A DNA stretch of 17,413 nucleotides from Thermotogota bacterium (GTDB taxonomy: Bacteria > Bipolaricaulota > Bipolaricaulia > UBA7950 > UBA9294), in contig JBDKUT010000068.1 of NCBI GenBank assembly GCA_039679545.1, forward strand, positions 1 through 17,413, in the 5' to 3' direction. Each line of letters starts with the position of its first letter. Positions within the stretch are counted from its first letter, which is position 1. The notes below the pieces were generated by a model. That model saw nothing but the letters and a program-made list of their open reading frames with translations, was not told where the DNA came from and did not search any database. Made by a program: the position numbers and the translations under genes. Shown piece by piece: positions 16,283 through 17,413 of the stretch.

Positions 16283-17295
16283 ACCCGATCGAACGGCTCC
16301 ACGCGCTTCCACGGACCGGCCTGGCGTTCCTACCTACCCCGTTGATGGAGCTTCCCCGCTTGTCGCAGCGTCTTGGGGGTCCTCGCCTCTGGATGAAGCG
16401 CGACGATCAGACCGGCCTCGGCCTCGGGGGCAACAAGGTGAGGAAGCTCGAGTACCTCGTTGGGGAGGCCCGCGCGCGAGGATGTGACACGCTGGTTACG
16501 AGCGGTGCGATCCAATCGAACCACTGTCGCCAGACGGCGGCAGCCACGGGCCTCGGCTGCGTGCTCGCCCTCGGCGGCGAGGAGCCGACGGGCGCCCCGA
16601 CCGGGAACCTTCTCCTCGACCGGCTGTTCGGCGCGACGGTTCGATGGTGCGGTGAGAGCCGGAAGGGCGAGAAGGTTCCTGCGATCGTCGAGGAGCTGTG
16701 CCGTTCAGGACGCCGCCCGTACACGATTCCCTACGGCGGGTCCGACGAGATCGGTGCTATGGGGTTCGTCGCTGCGATGGGCGAGCTCAAGGCGCAGCTC
16801 GAGGAGCAGCGAGCGCAGCTCGCCGAGCGGCGGCTCAAGGCGACCACGATCGTCGTGGCGTCGAGCTCCGGTGGGACGCAGGCGGGGATGGTCGTCGGCG
16901 CTGACGTTTTCGAGCTTCCTGTCCGCATTGTCGGCATCGGAATCGACAAAGGCGAAGCGGGCGAAGGCCCGTACGAAGTGCGGCTTGCTGAGCTGGCCAG
17001 GCGGCTCGCAGCGCGGCTCGGAATGCCTGCGCACTACACCGCGGATCGCTTCGACGTTCGCACCGGCTACCTTGGCGGCGGGTACGGGGTGGTCAGCGAC
17101 CTCGAACGCGAGGCGATCAAACTCGTCGCACAGACGGAGGGGGTTCTCCTCGACCCGGTGTACACGGGGCGCGCGATGGGTGGACTTGCAGACCTTGTCA
17201 AGACCGGCGCGCTCAGAGGCGACGAGGCAATCCTCTTCTGGCACACGGGCGGGACGCCGGCCCTCTTCGGGCGCGCGGAGGACCTGGTGGTCTGA
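16279..17295 (+). CDS. D-cysteine desulfhydrase family PLP enzyme (DcyD/ACC deaminase superfamily)
   Basis: PTPL, KRDD.TG...GGNKVRKLEYL, QSNHCR, SSGGTQAG, EGVLLDPVYTG and FWHTGG. SD GAGGAGG before ATG 16279. Confidence 0.92.
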   Translation: MNPIERLHALPRTGLAFLPTPLMELPRLSQRLGGPRLWMKRDDQTGLGLGGNKVRKLEYLVGEARARGCDTLVTSGAIQSNHCRQTAAATGLGCVLALGGEEPTGAPTGNLLLDRLFGATVRWCGESRKGEKVPAIVEELCRSGRRPYTIPYGGSDEIGAMGFVAAMGELKAQLEEQRAQLAERRLKATTIVVASSSGGTQAGMVVGADVFELPVRIVGIGIDKGEAGEGPYEVRLAELARRLAARLGMPAHYTADRFDVRTGYLGGGYGVVSDLEREAIKLVAQTEGVLLDPVYTGRAMGGLADLVKTGALRGDEAILFWHTGGTPALFGRAEDLVV

Positions 17296-17413
17296 GCCCG
17301 CCGCGGCAAATCACCCCATCGGCTCGCTCTTTGTGGGCCCTACAAATCCGCGGAACCTGTCGTCTTGGTGGTACGCGTCGTTTCTGTCCGGGTGGGGACT
17401 CCTGCCGAGCCGG

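Noticed and set aside
16279..17295. ACC deaminase (acdS) call
   Set aside because: It has DPVYT and HTGG where true ACC deaminases have DPVYE and HLGG.
17311..17413. Possible 3' end of a convergent minus-strand gene (...RNDAYHQDDRFRGFVGPTKSEPMG*) and near-palindrome TTTGTGGGCCCTACAAA
   Set aside because: Too short at the window edge to choose a frame or assign a function.
1..17413. CRISPR array, IS/transposase, integrase, tRNA/rRNA or defence system
   Set aside because: No regularly spaced repeats, terminal inverted repeats, or corresponding protein or RNA motifs were seen.

Overview
High-GC bacterial chromosomal window, densely coding, with no rRNA, tRNA, CRISPR, transposase or phage genes seen. 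In order: 3' end of pyruvate kinase; a minus-strand operon (membrane protein, winged-helix regulator, unannotated 25-aa membrane peptide) with a palindromic operator; a ykkC-family riboswitch variant in front of an EamA/DMT transporter carrying a 1-nt frameshift; a TetR / LolA-like / ABC ATPase / ABC-2 permease operon; CMD/AhpD-like protein; nudC; a DHA3-like MFS transporter with a candidate RLR leader-peptide attenuator; yjjX; DUF2164; ppiC; a secreted hypothetical protein; lipocalin; fabI; a YgjP/M48-like metallohydrolase; a tandem GNAT; and a coupled operon of atypical class-III aminotransferase, PQ-loop-like membrane protein and D-cysteine desulfhydrase-family enzyme. The most interesting signals are cis-regulatory: the ykkC aptamer with subtype-2-like (non-guanidine) signatures at about 1623-1736 and the putative macrolide-sensing leader (MPFTRLRFFGAE) at 8836-8874. 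Family assignments come from motif recognition from memory; no searches or folding programs were run.
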